From the sequence record SRR31156797_916: DNA of 21,551 nucleotides, one strand, 5' to 3'. Positions 1-8,519 of this stretch are shown here, piece by piece. Under the pieces are notes generated by a model. It worked only from the letters and a program-made list of their open reading frames with translations, did not search any database and was not told the origin of the DNA. Position numbers and translations under genes: made by a program. The first letter of the stretch is position 1. The number at the start of each line of letters is the position of its first letter.

Positions 1-219
1 ACCCCACTCTTTGGCGGCATCTGCATCAGCTTTCCTTACTTCCGGATGGTTGCCAAGGCCAAGGTAATTGTTTACCGACCAAACCAACATTTCCTTGCCC
101 ATGAATTTCATACGTGGCCCTAACTCTCCTTCCAGTTTTGGAAACATAAAGTATCCAAATGCTTCGCGATTGTACTTGCCCAGCGGGCCCATATTTTTAA
201 ACTTCTCGAAAATATCCAT
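1..219 (-). CDS. PLP-dependent alpha-oxoamine synthase (class II aminotransferase fold), N-terminal 73 aa, runs off the window; resembles cysteate-C-fatty acyltransferase (sulfonolipid synthesis)
   Basis: Not in the ORF track. Manual translation from ATG at 219: MDIFEKFKNMGPLGKYNREAFGYFMFPKLEGELGPRMKFMGKEMLVWSVNNYLGLGNHPEVRKADADAAKEWG, open to the window edge. NNYLGL-x-NHP is the AOS-family N-terminal motif. Confidence 0.85.
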   Translation of the reverse strand, partial: MDIFEKFKNMGPLGKYNREAFGYFMFPKLEGELGPRMKFMGKEMLVWSVNNYLGLGNHPEVRKADADAAKEWG

Positions 220-254
220 CGTGTCTTAAGATTTGATTTAAATTTTTGAAGCTG

Positions 255-262
255 CAAAATTA
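255..262 (-). promoter_or_regulatory. Bacteroidota sigma-A -7 element for the AOS-family gene
   Basis: Reverse complement TAATTTTG matches TAnnTTTG, 35 nt upstream of the ATG at 219. Confidence 0.65.
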
Positions 263-388
263 TAACAATTCGGTTGATTATCAATACTAATCATTTTGTT
301 TTGAATCAAAAAGAAATGAACAGGTTATAATCTGTTGATATGAAAATTTTTGACAGAATATGACGTTATCCAATCCGTGAAAATATAT

Positions 389-396
389 TACTTTTG
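389..396 (+). promoter_or_regulatory. Bacteroidota -7 element for the bamD operon
   Basis: TACTTTTG matches TAnnTTTG and is followed after 5 nt by the ATG at 402. Confidence 0.65.
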
Positions 397-401
397 CGCC
401 C

Positions 402-1214
402 ATGTTTAAAAAATCCGGATTTATTTTATTGATTTCCATTGTTATAGTCATTTCATCGTGCAGCAAGCACCAGAAGTTGCTCAAAAGCACCGATAATGAA
501 ATGAAGTATGAGAAGGCCGTTGAGTATTACGAATCCGGAGATTATTACCGTGCATTGCAGGTTTTTGAGCAATTGATCCCGGTCTACCGTGGGACCAACA
601 AGGCTGAAAAACTTTATTATTATTATGCTTACGCTTATTATTATGAGCGTGAGTATATTATGGCCAGTTATTATTTCAAACGTTTCTCGGTTAATTTTCC
701 ATCATCTGAATTTGCTGAAGAAGCAGCTTTTATGACAGCCTACTGCAAATATTTGGACAGCCCTCGTTATAGCCTCGATCAAACTGTTACCCGAGAAGCT
801 ATAGATGAGTTTCAGTTGTTTATTAACCGATTCCCATTTGGAGAAAAGTCGGAAGAGGCCAATGATTTGATTACCGAATTGCGCGATAAACTGGAAAAAA
901 AATCCTATAACATCGCCACCCTCTATTTTAAAATGGAGGATTACAGGGCTGCAATTATTTCGTACCAGAATCTGTTGAAGGAATACCCTGATACTGAATT
1001 CAAAGAGGAAATATTGTATGATATTGTTACAGCATATTACAATTATGCCATGAAGAGTATCAGGGAAAAACAAAAGGAACGATTTGATAACGCCGTAAAA
1101 GCATATTATGATTTTGTTGCGCTGTATCCCGAAAGCGAATATGTTACAAATGTTGAGAAAATGAAGGAGAAAATCGAGATTGAACTGCGCACATCAGGAT
1201 TTGAAGAATTATAA
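402..1214 (+). CDS. bamD: Outer membrane protein assembly factor BamD (lipoprotein, TPR repeats)
   Basis: Lipobox ISSC at residue 20; Tyr/Ala-rich TPR helices; SPRYSLDQT and FINRFP motifs; typical position upstream of rpoZ-coaBC in Bacteroidota. Confidence 0.92.
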   Translation: MFKKSGFILLISIVIVISSCSKHQKLLKSTDNEMKYEKAVEYYESGDYYRALQVFEQLIPVYRGTNKAEKLYYYYAYAYYYEREYIMASYYFKRFSVNFPSSEFAEEAAFMTAYCKYLDSPRYSLDQTVTREAIDEFQLFINRFPFGEKSEEANDLITELRDKLEKKSYNIATLYFKMEDYRAAIISYQNLLKEYPDTEFKEEILYDIVTAYYNYAMKSIREKQKERFDNAVKAYYDFVALYPESEYVTNVEKMKEKIEIELRTSGFEEL

Positions 1215-1226
1215 ACAATTAATCAT

Positions 1227-1580
1227 ATGGATTACAAGAAAATTAAAACCGACAGTACAGCAGTAACACGTAAGATGCGTGATTTCAACAACGTAACCGG
1301 AAACGTTTACGAAACCATTGCATTACTGTCGAAACGTGCAAACCAGATTTCATTGGAGCTGAAAGAAGAGTTGAATAAGAAGATTTCAGAGTTTGCCTCA
1401 TCAAGTGATAACCTGGAAGAAGTATTCGAAAACCGTGAGCAGATTGAAATTGCAAGGTTTTATGAACGTCTTCCGAAGCCAACTTTGATGGCAGTCCAGG
1501 AGTTTCTCGACGAACAGATTTATTACAGGAATCCGTCGAAAGAGGCTCAGGCCAAAACCACTACCGACATCATAGAATAA
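1227..1580 (+). CDS. rpoZ: DNA-directed RNA polymerase subunit omega (Bacteroidota type)
   Basis: TGNVYE..LSKRANQI, LEEVFENREQIEI.RFYERLPKPT motifs; synteny between bamD and coaBC. Confidence 0.9.
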   Translation: MDYKKIKTDSTAVTRKMRDFNNVTGNVYETIALLSKRANQISLELKEELNKKISEFASSSDNLEEVFENREQIEIARFYERLPKPTLMAVQEFLDEQIYYRNPSKEAQAKTTTDIIE

Positions 1581-1586
1581 TTAGTT

Positions 1587-2780
1587 GTGCTGAAAGGCAA
1601 AAAAATCATTATTGGGATTACAGGAAGTATTGCTGCTTTCAAGATCCCTTTTCTTATCCGGTTACTGGTTAAGGAAGGTGCCGAAGTTCAGGTTATTCTA
1701 ACTGAAAATGCCAGGGATTTTGTAACACCGCTTACCATTTCCACACTTTCAAAACGACCGGCCTTAACTTTCCCATTCGACGAAAAGGATGGTACCTGGA
1801 ATAGCCATGTGGATATGGGCCTGTGGGCCGATGCCATGCTGGTTGCTCCTGCATCTGCAGCCACCCTGAGCAAAATGGTTTCCGGGATGGCTGATAATTT
1901 ACTGGTAACCACTTACCTTTCTGCAAAGTGTCCCGTATTTTTCGCGCCAGCCATGGACCTGGATATGTTCAGGCATCCCTCTACAGCCGAAAATGTTAAC
2001 AGGCTTCTAAAACGTGGTGATATATTGATTGAGCCTCAAACCGGTGAACTGGCCAGTGGGTTAAGTGGTGCAGGCAGGATGGAAGAACCGGAGCAAATTG
2101 TGGAAGTCTTGCAAAATTATTTCCGGACTAGTGAAGTATTAGTTGGTAAAAAATTCCTGGTCACTGCCGGCCCAACCTGGGAAGCCATCGACCCTGTGCG
2201 CTTCATTGGAAACCATTCCTCAGGTTTAATGGGTTTTTCGATTGCCGAGGAGGCCGCAAAAAGAGGCGCTGAAGTAAAACTGGTTACAGGGCCAACACAT
2301 TTGCAATCAAACATTTCCGGAATCGAAAGAATTGATGTTGTGTCTGCTGCAGAAATGCATCTTGCAGTATCAGAAAGTTTTGACATAGCAGATGTAACAA
2401 TCATGTCGGCTGCAGTAGCTGATTTTACGCCAGCGGAAGTTGCCACGGAAAAAATCAAGAAAAACCAAAATCCCGAAACCATAAAGCTGAGGCCAACAGT
2501 TGATATTCTTGCGGATATGGGTAAACACAAAAAGCAAAATCAGCTATTGGTTGGATTTGCCCTGGAAACTGAAAATGAAGTTGAAAACGCCGTTAAAAAA
2601 CTTGATAATAAAAATCTTGACCTGATCGTTCTAAACTCTCTCAGGGACGAGGGTGCCGGATTTGGTAAAACCAATAAAGTCACCCTCATCGATAAAAACA
2701 GAAAACAAATTGAGCTTGAGTTGAAAGACAAAAAAAATGTCGCTTCAGATATTCTCGATCGTATCGTTTCCCTGATTTAA
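1587..2780 (+). CDS. coaBC: Bifunctional phosphopantothenoylcysteine decarboxylase / phosphopantothenate-cysteine ligase
   Basis: GITGSIAAFK, APAMDLDM, G.GRMEEP, VTAGPT.EAIDPVRFIGNHSSG.MG, AAVADF, LVGFALET motifs; GTG start. Confidence 0.96.
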   Translation: MLKGKKIIIGITGSIAAFKIPFLIRLLVKEGAEVQVILTENARDFVTPLTISTLSKRPALTFPFDEKDGTWNSHVDMGLWADAMLVAPASAATLSKMVSGMADNLLVTTYLSAKCPVFFAPAMDLDMFRHPSTAENVNRLLKRGDILIEPQTGELASGLSGAGRMEEPEQIVEVLQNYFRTSEVLVGKKFLVTAGPTWEAIDPVRFIGNHSSGLMGFSIAEEAAKRGAEVKLVTGPTHLQSNISGIERIDVVSAAEMHLAVSESFDIADVTIMSAAVADFTPAEVATEKIKKNQNPETIKLRPTVDILADMGKHKKQNQLLVGFALETENEVENAVKKLDNKNLDLIVLNSLRDEGAGFGKTNKVTLIDKNRKQIELELKDKKNVASDILDRIVSLI

Positions 2781-2813
2781 AACAGGCCGTCAACCGTTAA
2801 ATTTTGATTATCC

Positions 2814-3716
2814 ATGCAAAAGCTTTTTCTGCTCATCATATCGGTATTTTTTGTAGCAATGGCTTGCCATGCGCAGGAATTTAATGCCTCGGTTCAGGTA
2901 TCAGCGCCACAAATTCAGCAAACCAACCGGGAGAAATTCAATGAGCTGAGAAAAGGTTTGTATGAGTTTGTGAATGATCGTCACTGGACACAATTTTCCT
3001 ACACTATTGATGAAAGGATAGAATGCACCATTGGGATAACCATTCTCGAGGAATTATCTTCTGATGAGTTTCGTGGCCGCATCAACCTGGTCTTAAAGCG
3101 CCCTGTTTATGGCACGTCATACAATTCCACCATGTTTAATTACATCGATGATGATTTTCAGTTTCAATGGCAGGAAGGGCAACCCATTGACTTTAACGAA
3201 AGCTCGTTTTCCTCCAATCTGACAGCTACGATAGCTTATTACATATATATTTTCCTGGGAATGGATTTCGATTCGTTCCAGAACATGGGCGGAACACCCT
3301 ATTTTGAAAAAGCACAGAATGTGGTAAATTTGGCCCAAAGCGCCCGGGAGTCCGGCTGGAAAGCTTTCGAAAGTATGAAAAATCGCTACTGGCTGGCCGA
3401 AAATCTAAATAACTCTTCATACAGCACTGTTCGTAAAGCCATGTATCAATATTACCGTCATGGGCTTGACCTGATGTATGATAATGTGGAAAAAGGCCGC
3501 TCAGGTGTTATGGAAGCCTTGGAATTGCTTCAGCGTGCCCATCGCGAAAAGCCGCGATTATTCCTCATGCAATTGGTGATGGAAGCAAATCGCGATGAAT
3601 TTATCAACATTTTTTCTGATGCCGCTCCCATGGATAAAACAAAGGCTGTGAACATCCTGAAGGAGATCGACCCTTCACATGCCAACGATTATCAGAAAAT
3701 CATCAGCCAGAATTAA
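2814..3716 (+). CDS. porD: DUF4835 family exported protein, probable T9SS component PorD
   Basis: Signal peptide ending AQE; ERIEC, RPVYGTSYNS, AYYIYIFLGMDFDSF..GG.PYF, Y.YYRHGLD motifs; lies between coaBC and recN as in P. gingivalis (recalled). Confidence 0.78.
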   Translation: MQKLFLLIISVFFVAMACHAQEFNASVQVSAPQIQQTNREKFNELRKGLYEFVNDRHWTQFSYTIDERIECTIGITILEELSSDEFRGRINLVLKRPVYGTSYNSTMFNYIDDDFQFQWQEGQPIDFNESSFSSNLTATIAYYIYIFLGMDFDSFQNMGGTPYFEKAQNVVNLAQSARESGWKAFESMKNRYWLAENLNNSSYSTVRKAMYQYYRHGLDLMYDNVEKGRSGVMEALELLQRAHREKPRLFLMQLVMEANRDEFINIFSDAAPMDKTKAVNILKEIDPSHANDYQKIISQN

Positions 3717-3759
3717 GCATTGTTAATTTCTCTCCATTCTTTTCCTGTTTAGTTTTCTA

Positions 3760-3767
3760 TATTTTTG
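3760..3767 (+). promoter_or_regulatory. Internal -7 element upstream of recN
   Basis: TATTTTTG. It overlaps the ORF-track start at 3765, which supports the later TTG start at 3795. Confidence 0.5.
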
Positions 3768-3794
3768 TCACATACATCAGAAAACTTATTCTCA

Positions 3795-5450
3795 TTGTTA
3801 AAACATTTAACCATAAAGAATTACGCGCTGATCGACAGCCTTGAAACTGAATTTTTCGAGGGTTTCTCAGTACTTACAGGTGAAACCGGAGCCGGTAAAT
3901 CGATTATCCTGGGTGCACTTTCACTGATCCTTGGGCAGCGTGCCGACATGCAATCCCTAAAAAACAAAAACGGAAAATGTATTGTTGAGGGTGTTTTTAG
4001 TGCAAAGGGCATAATAGGGGAAAGTTTTTTTCATCAACATAATCTGGATTTTGATCCCGAAACTACCATATTAAGACGGGAAATTCTGCCATCGGGTAAA
4101 TCACGTGCTTTTATTAATGACACTCCTGTGAGCCTGTCGGTGTTGAAAGAACTAGCCGGAAAGTTGGTTGACCTTCATTCGCAAAATAGCTCCACACTCC
4201 TTCAATCACCTGCTTTTCAGCTTGGTGTTATAGATGGTTTTTCCAATAATGGTGATGCACTGCAAGCGTACAAAAAGCTATTTTCTGGATATAAGATAAA
4301 ACTAATTGAGCTTGAGAGGCTGAAGGAACAGGAAGAAAAGACTGCTGTAGAGCAGGACTACCTTAAATTTCAGTTTGAAGAACTTGACAATGCAAAACTG
4401 GTGGAAGGAGAAAAAGAGGAACTTGAGCAGGAACTCGAAGTGCTCAATCATGCAGAGGAAATTAAAGCGAAGTTGAGTAGTGCTGTTCAGATACTTGAGG
4501 GTGAGCATGGTTTAGATGAGACATTTTCCGGTTTAATTTCAGAAATGAAATCCATTAAGGACTTTTCCAAAGAACTTGAAGAGGTTTTTAACAGGCTGGA
4601 AAGCAGTTATCTGGAGGTTACGGATGTGGCTGTTGATCTGGAAAAAATTGATGATCATGTTGATGTAAACCCCGAACGGGCTGCCGAAGTCAATGATCGG
4701 TTAGATATAATTTATCACCTCGAACAAAAGCACAGGGCTTCGGGAATTGAAGAACTGATAAAGATTAAATCGGATTATCAGGAGAAGATCGGAAAGTTCG
4801 AATCGCTGGGTGATGAAATCTCAGTTGCAGAGCAATCCATAAAAAAAATGGAAAAAGAGCTTCAGGAATTGGCTGAAAAGCTCTCTGATCGTCGGTATAA
4901 ATCAAAAGAAAAACTCGAAGGTAAAATAGCTGAAGTTGTTACCGGGCTTGGTATGCCTGATGCTACCATTAAGTTACAAATCGAAAAAACCGGGAAACTT
5001 AATGATACAGGTTTTGATCAGGTAAGCTTTTTGTTTAATGCCAACAAAGGGATGCAGTTACAGGAAATGTCGAAAATAGCTAGTGGCGGAGAATTATCGC
5101 GCCTGATGCTTGCCATTAAATCGCAGATTGCTGCCAATAACCTGGTTTCAACCATTATTTTTGATGAAATTGACAGTGGGGTTTCAGGAGAAATTGCAGG
5201 TAAAATGGCCGGTATAATGCAACATCTGTCAAAAGAAATTCAAGTGATTTCCATTACCCACCTGCCGCAGATCGCTGCACGCGGAAAAAATCATTACCTG
5301 GTTCTTAAAGAATCTAATGATCATACCACAACCACCACCATAAAAAGGCTTCATCAGGATGAACGGATTACCGAGATAGCTAAAATGCTTTCAGATACGC
5401 GTGTTAGCAGTTCTGCAATTCAAACCGCGGAAGAGTTGATGAAAAATTAA
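3795..5450 (+). CDS. recN: DNA repair protein RecN (SMC-like ATPase)
   Basis: (M)LKHLTIKNYALID start; Walker A TGETGAGKS; GKSRAFIND; long coiled coil; ASGGELSR signature; Walker B IIFDEIDSGVSG; ITHLPQIAA. Start revised from 3765 to TTG 3795. Confidence 0.96.
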   Translation: MLKHLTIKNYALIDSLETEFFEGFSVLTGETGAGKSIILGALSLILGQRADMQSLKNKNGKCIVEGVFSAKGIIGESFFHQHNLDFDPETTILRREILPSGKSRAFINDTPVSLSVLKELAGKLVDLHSQNSSTLLQSPAFQLGVIDGFSNNGDALQAYKKLFSGYKIKLIELERLKEQEEKTAVEQDYLKFQFEELDNAKLVEGEKEELEQELEVLNHAEEIKAKLSSAVQILEGEHGLDETFSGLISEMKSIKDFSKELEEVFNRLESSYLEVTDVAVDLEKIDDHVDVNPERAAEVNDRLDIIYHLEQKHRASGIEELIKIKSDYQEKIGKFESLGDEISVAEQSIKKMEKELQELAEKLSDRRYKSKEKLEGKIAEVVTGLGMPDATIKLQIEKTGKLNDTGFDQVSFLFNANKGMQLQEMSKIASGGELSRLMLAIKSQIAANNLVSTIIFDEIDSGVSGEIAGKMAGIMQHLSKEIQVISITHLPQIAARGKNHYLVLKESNDHTTTTTIKRLHQDERITEIAKMLSDTRVSSSAIQTAEELMKN

Positions 5451-5498
5451 CATACCCAATCCACTATTAAATTCCAAAACCTGTTTTGATAATAATTG

Positions 5499-5506
5499 TA
5501 TTTTTG
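5499..5506 (+). promoter_or_regulatory. -7 element for fabI
   Basis: TATTTTTG 36 nt upstream of the ATG, followed by an A-rich leader. Confidence 0.6.
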
Positions 5507-5542
5507 GCGCGCTTATTTATAACGAAACCAAATTAAGTTAAA

Positions 5543-6415
5543 ATGGCTTATAATTTATTGAAAGGAAAGAAAGGGATCATTTTTGGGGCACTGAATGATA
5601 TGTCGATTGCCTGGAAAGTTGCGGAACGGGCCCATGAAGAAGGAGCAGAGTTTGTACTTACCAATACTCCTGTAGCTTTACGATTTGGAGCACTCGACCA
5701 ACTCGCCAAAAAAACCGGATCGAAAGTAATACCTGCTGATGCTACCAGTGAACAGGATTTGGAGAATTTGTTGAAAGAATCCATGACCCATTTTGGGGGC
5801 AAGATCGATTTTATCCTGCATTCCATTGGCATGTCGATGAACGTGCGGAAAGGGAGGAAGTACAGTGATCTCAATTATAATTACCTGATGAAAACGCTGG
5901 ATATATCGTCAGTTTCTTTTCACAAGGTATTACAAATCGCTTTTAAATTGGATGCCATTAAGGATTGGGGTTCAGTTTTGGCCCTGTCTTATGTTGCTTC
6001 ACAGCGCACACTTTACCGTTATAACGATATGGCTGATGCGAAGGCGTTGCTGGAATCCATCGCCAGAAGCTTTGGATATATCTATGGCCGGGAACGAAAG
6101 ATAAGGGTGAATACCATTTCACAATCGCCAACCAAAACTACGGCCGGCAGCGGGGTGAAGGGAATCGATGGCCTGATGGACTTTACTGAACGAATGTCGC
6201 CACTGGGCAATGCCTCAGCAGATGAATGTGCTGATTACTGCATTACTATGTTCTCAGATCTGACAAAAAAAGTGACCATGCAAAACCTCTTTCACGATGG
6301 TGGATTTTCAAGCATGGGTATGAGCTACAGGGCCATGCAAATGTATAACCGGAGTCTCGACTGCAAGGATTGTCCGGATTATTCTGAAGAGGATGATCTG
6401 GCCATGGATGATTAA
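5543..6415 (+). CDS. fabI: Enoyl-ACP reductase (NADH) FabI
   Basis: GIIFGALNDMSIAW, DFILHSIGMS, catalytic Y-x6-K (YNDMADAK), RVNTISQSPT, VTMQNLFHDGGF. Confidence 0.93.
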   Translation: MAYNLLKGKKGIIFGALNDMSIAWKVAERAHEEGAEFVLTNTPVALRFGALDQLAKKTGSKVIPADATSEQDLENLLKESMTHFGGKIDFILHSIGMSMNVRKGRKYSDLNYNYLMKTLDISSVSFHKVLQIAFKLDAIKDWGSVLALSYVASQRTLYRYNDMADAKALLESIARSFGYIYGRERKIRVNTISQSPTKTTAGSGVKGIDGLMDFTERMSPLGNASADECADYCITMFSDLTKKVTMQNLFHDGGFSSMGMSYRAMQMYNRSLDCKDCPDYSEEDDLAMDD

Positions 6416-6436
6416 ATCTTCACGATTAAAAATATG

Positions 6437-6463
6437 AAAGCAATCCTGAAGGGTTGCTTTTTT
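6437..6463. terminator. Bidirectional intrinsic terminator between convergent fabI and the membrane-protein gene
   Basis: AAAGCAATCC-TGAA-GGGTTGCTTT hairpin (one G-U pair) followed by a T-tract, with a short A-tract on the 5' side. Confidence 0.75.
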
Positions 6464-7032
6464 TATTTCTCCTTCACGAATAGCGTATATGCTATGGGCA
6501 GTAAACCAAAGGTAGGGATGATGAAAATGGTGAGGAACCAACCCAATTTTTGATTTCGGCCGGCTTTCCATAATCCCAAAGCTTTCCAGGCCAGTTCCCA
6601 TAAAACAAAAAACATGATCAACCAAAGATTATTCAGGTCGCCGGCAGCAATAATAGGCGGATAGGGGATAAAATATACATCGGTGATTTCCTGATTTTTG
6701 TTAAAAACGAATTTTACTGTATAGTCAGATTTCTCGAACTGGCATTTCAGGTAAACGATTTCGTATTCCCTGAAATAATCATATTTGGTGCTGACCAGGT
6801 TTTGATAAGGCCCGAGTTGCTCAACCTGATAGTTCCATGATTTGGCTAGTTTTTTTGCGAACTCATCATTGGCATAAAGCGGCGCCATGAATTTTTTGTT
6901 GGCATCAAAATTTCCTTCCGACATGTTTTCAAGGAATTCCAAAGATGTGTTTACAGCATAACCGGTTTCGCGGGGGAAAAGGATTTGCGGTAAGAGCAAC
7001 AGGAAAAGAGCAAAAAATGTAATTCTAAGCAT
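6463..7032 (-). CDS. Exported/membrane protein with DUF3887-like N-terminal domain and DUF5652-like two-TM C-terminus
   Basis: Start revised to ATG 7032, 2 nt after the GT stop. Signal-like MLRITFFALFLLLLPQILF; W...VEQLGPYQ and CQFEK..F.FNKNQEI.DVYF pattern; C-terminal W.LAWKALGLWKAGRNQKLGWF...TFGLLPIAY. Confidence 0.75.
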   Translation of the reverse strand: MLRITFFALFLLLLPQILFPRETGYAVNTSLEFLENMSEGNFDANKKFMAPLYANDEFAKKLAKSWNYQVEQLGPYQNLVSTKYDYFREYEIVYLKCQFEKSDYTVKFVFNKNQEITDVYFIPYPPIIAAGDLNNLWLIMFFVLWELAWKALGLWKAGRNQKLGWFLTIFIIPTFGLLPIAYTLFVKEK

Positions 7033-7034
7033 GA

Positions 7035-8171
7035 TTAACCTTCGATTTCTTCCATTAATTTCTGCATAGAACACCAAAGTCGTTCAGATGTTTTTTGCCA
7101 ACTGAACATTTTTCTGCGTTCCCTGCCTTTTTCAATTAATGTAGATCGTAAGGAAGGATCATTTGCCATTTTTTCGTATCCCCCGGCAATAGATTCGATG
7201 GAGAATGGATTTACCAGCAATGCCGCATCGCCGGCTACTTCGGGCATGGAAGTGACGTTTGAAGTGATAACCGGTACATCACAACTGAATGATTCGATGA
7301 TGGGGATACCAAATCCTTCAAAATAACTTACATATGATGTTGCAAGAGCCGAAGCAATAACTAGATGAAGATCACGGGCATTCAGGCGGCCTGCAAAAAC
7401 AACTTCATCCTTAAACTTCATGTTTTTGTAGGCTGTTTCGATCTCCTCGGTCCACCACTTTTTTTCTCCAACAATCATCAATTTTATTCCCTGGTTATCC
7501 GATGCTTTAAACTGATCGAAGGCCGGTAGCATACGGGCAATGTTTTTCCGGGGATGCAATGACCCGACAAACAAAAAGTAGGGTGCCCCCCCGGTGAATC
7601 GTTTCCTGGTTTCTTTTTGAATATCAGCGTCTAAAGGTTTAAAGTCCTCGTTGGCGCCATTGTAAACAACGTCAATTTTATTTTTGTCCACGCCGTAAAG
7701 CTTTACAATATCGCTTTTGGAATATTCAGAAACTGTGGCGATACGTTTGGCTTTATGGGCATATTCCGGGAAAAAGTTCCGGTAAAATTTTCGTTCTATC
7801 CACGGTAAATCTTTGGGATAATGCTCAAAGTTCAGATCGTGAAAAACATTTATCGATGGCACTTTAGTTCTTAACGAAAGGTAACCATCAGTGGATAAAA
7901 ACATGTCGGCACCGATTTTTTTAAGGACTCGTGGAACAGCCTGTTCGAACCACAGATAGTATAAAATCGGATGTCGCGCCTGTGGATGTACAACCACCGG
8001 GTGAACATTGTTCGAGAAAACAAAATCATTACTGTACTTCCTGTCGAAGAGAAAATAAAATTCGTGCTCAGGGTGTTGGGTAGTGATCCTTTTTAAATTT
8101 TCATAGGTAAACCACCCGATTCCTTCGAGTCTGCCTTTCAGCAAAAGCCTTGTGTTTACTGCAATTTTCAA
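7035..8171 (-). CDS. Glycosyltransferase family 4 (GT-B, MtfB-like)
   Basis: (M)KIAVNTRLLLKGRLEGIGWFTYE from TTG 8171; HDLNFEHYP, TVSEYSK.DI, VVYNG, FVGSLHPRKN, EGFGIPIIE (E-x7-E), SNVTSMPEVAGDAA. Confidence 0.92.
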   Translation of the reverse strand: MKIAVNTRLLLKGRLEGIGWFTYENLKRITTQHPEHEFYFLFDRKYSNDFVFSNNVHPVVVHPQARHPILYYLWFEQAVPRVLKKIGADMFLSTDGYLSLRTKVPSINVFHDLNFEHYPKDLPWIERKFYRNFFPEYAHKAKRIATVSEYSKSDIVKLYGVDKNKIDVVYNGANEDFKPLDADIQKETRKRFTGGAPYFLFVGSLHPRKNIARMLPAFDQFKASDNQGIKLMIVGEKKWWTEEIETAYKNMKFKDEVVFAGRLNARDLHLVIASALATSYVSYFEGFGIPIIESFSCDVPVITSNVTSMPEVAGDAALLVNPFSIESIAGGYEKMANDPSLRSTLIEKGRERRKMFSWQKTSERLWCSMQKLMEEIEG

Positions 8172-8188
8172 TGGTTCTGGATTTGTTA

Positions 8189-8196
8189 CAAAGTTA
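8189..8196 (-). promoter_or_regulatory. -7 element for the GT4 operon
   Basis: Reverse complement TAACTTTG, 17 nt upstream of TTG 8171. Confidence 0.6.
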
Positions 8197-8258
8197 GGCC
8201 ATTTTTGCAAACCCGTTGCCCTAAGTTTTTAATTTTCGTCTCTAAAATGTGAATTTAA

Positions 8259-8519
8259 GTGACGAGAATTGTGGATATTATACTCAGGTTTCTGCTTTCA
8301 ATGCTTCTTATTTCAGGGTTGTGGCTGATCATTCCCGGTTCTATAGCCAAAAAAAGGATTTGTGCTGTAATAACTATCATTCCGATCATGATGATCAATA
8401 TGCGGATCTCTCCACTTTTTGCTTACTACAATGTACCTTTATCCGCTCTTGGTTTCGAGCTCATTATTGTAATCCTGATAGCGCTACTGCTTCGGCTTTT
8501 TGGACTGATTCTGAAATAA
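8259..8519 (+). CDS. Small hydrophobic protein (about 3 TM), unknown function; possibly a gene remnant
   Basis: 86 aa with a GTG start after an AT-rich leader and three hydrophobic segments; no recognised family. Confidence 0.4.
   Translation: MTRIVDIILRFLLSMLLISGLWLIIPGSIAKKRICAVITIIPIMMINMRISPLFAYYNVPLSALGFELIIVILIALLLRLFGLILK

Noticed and set aside
287..490. 67-aa minus-strand ORF across the bamD promoter
   Set aside because: It overlaps the bamD start antisense, has no recognisable motif, and fits AT-rich intergenic noise.
5487..5501. Fur-box-like TGATAAT-A-ATTGTAT overlapping the fabI promoter
   Set aside because: Only the left half-site matches well (right half 4 of 7) in an AT-rich region, and there is no clear rationale; insufficient support.
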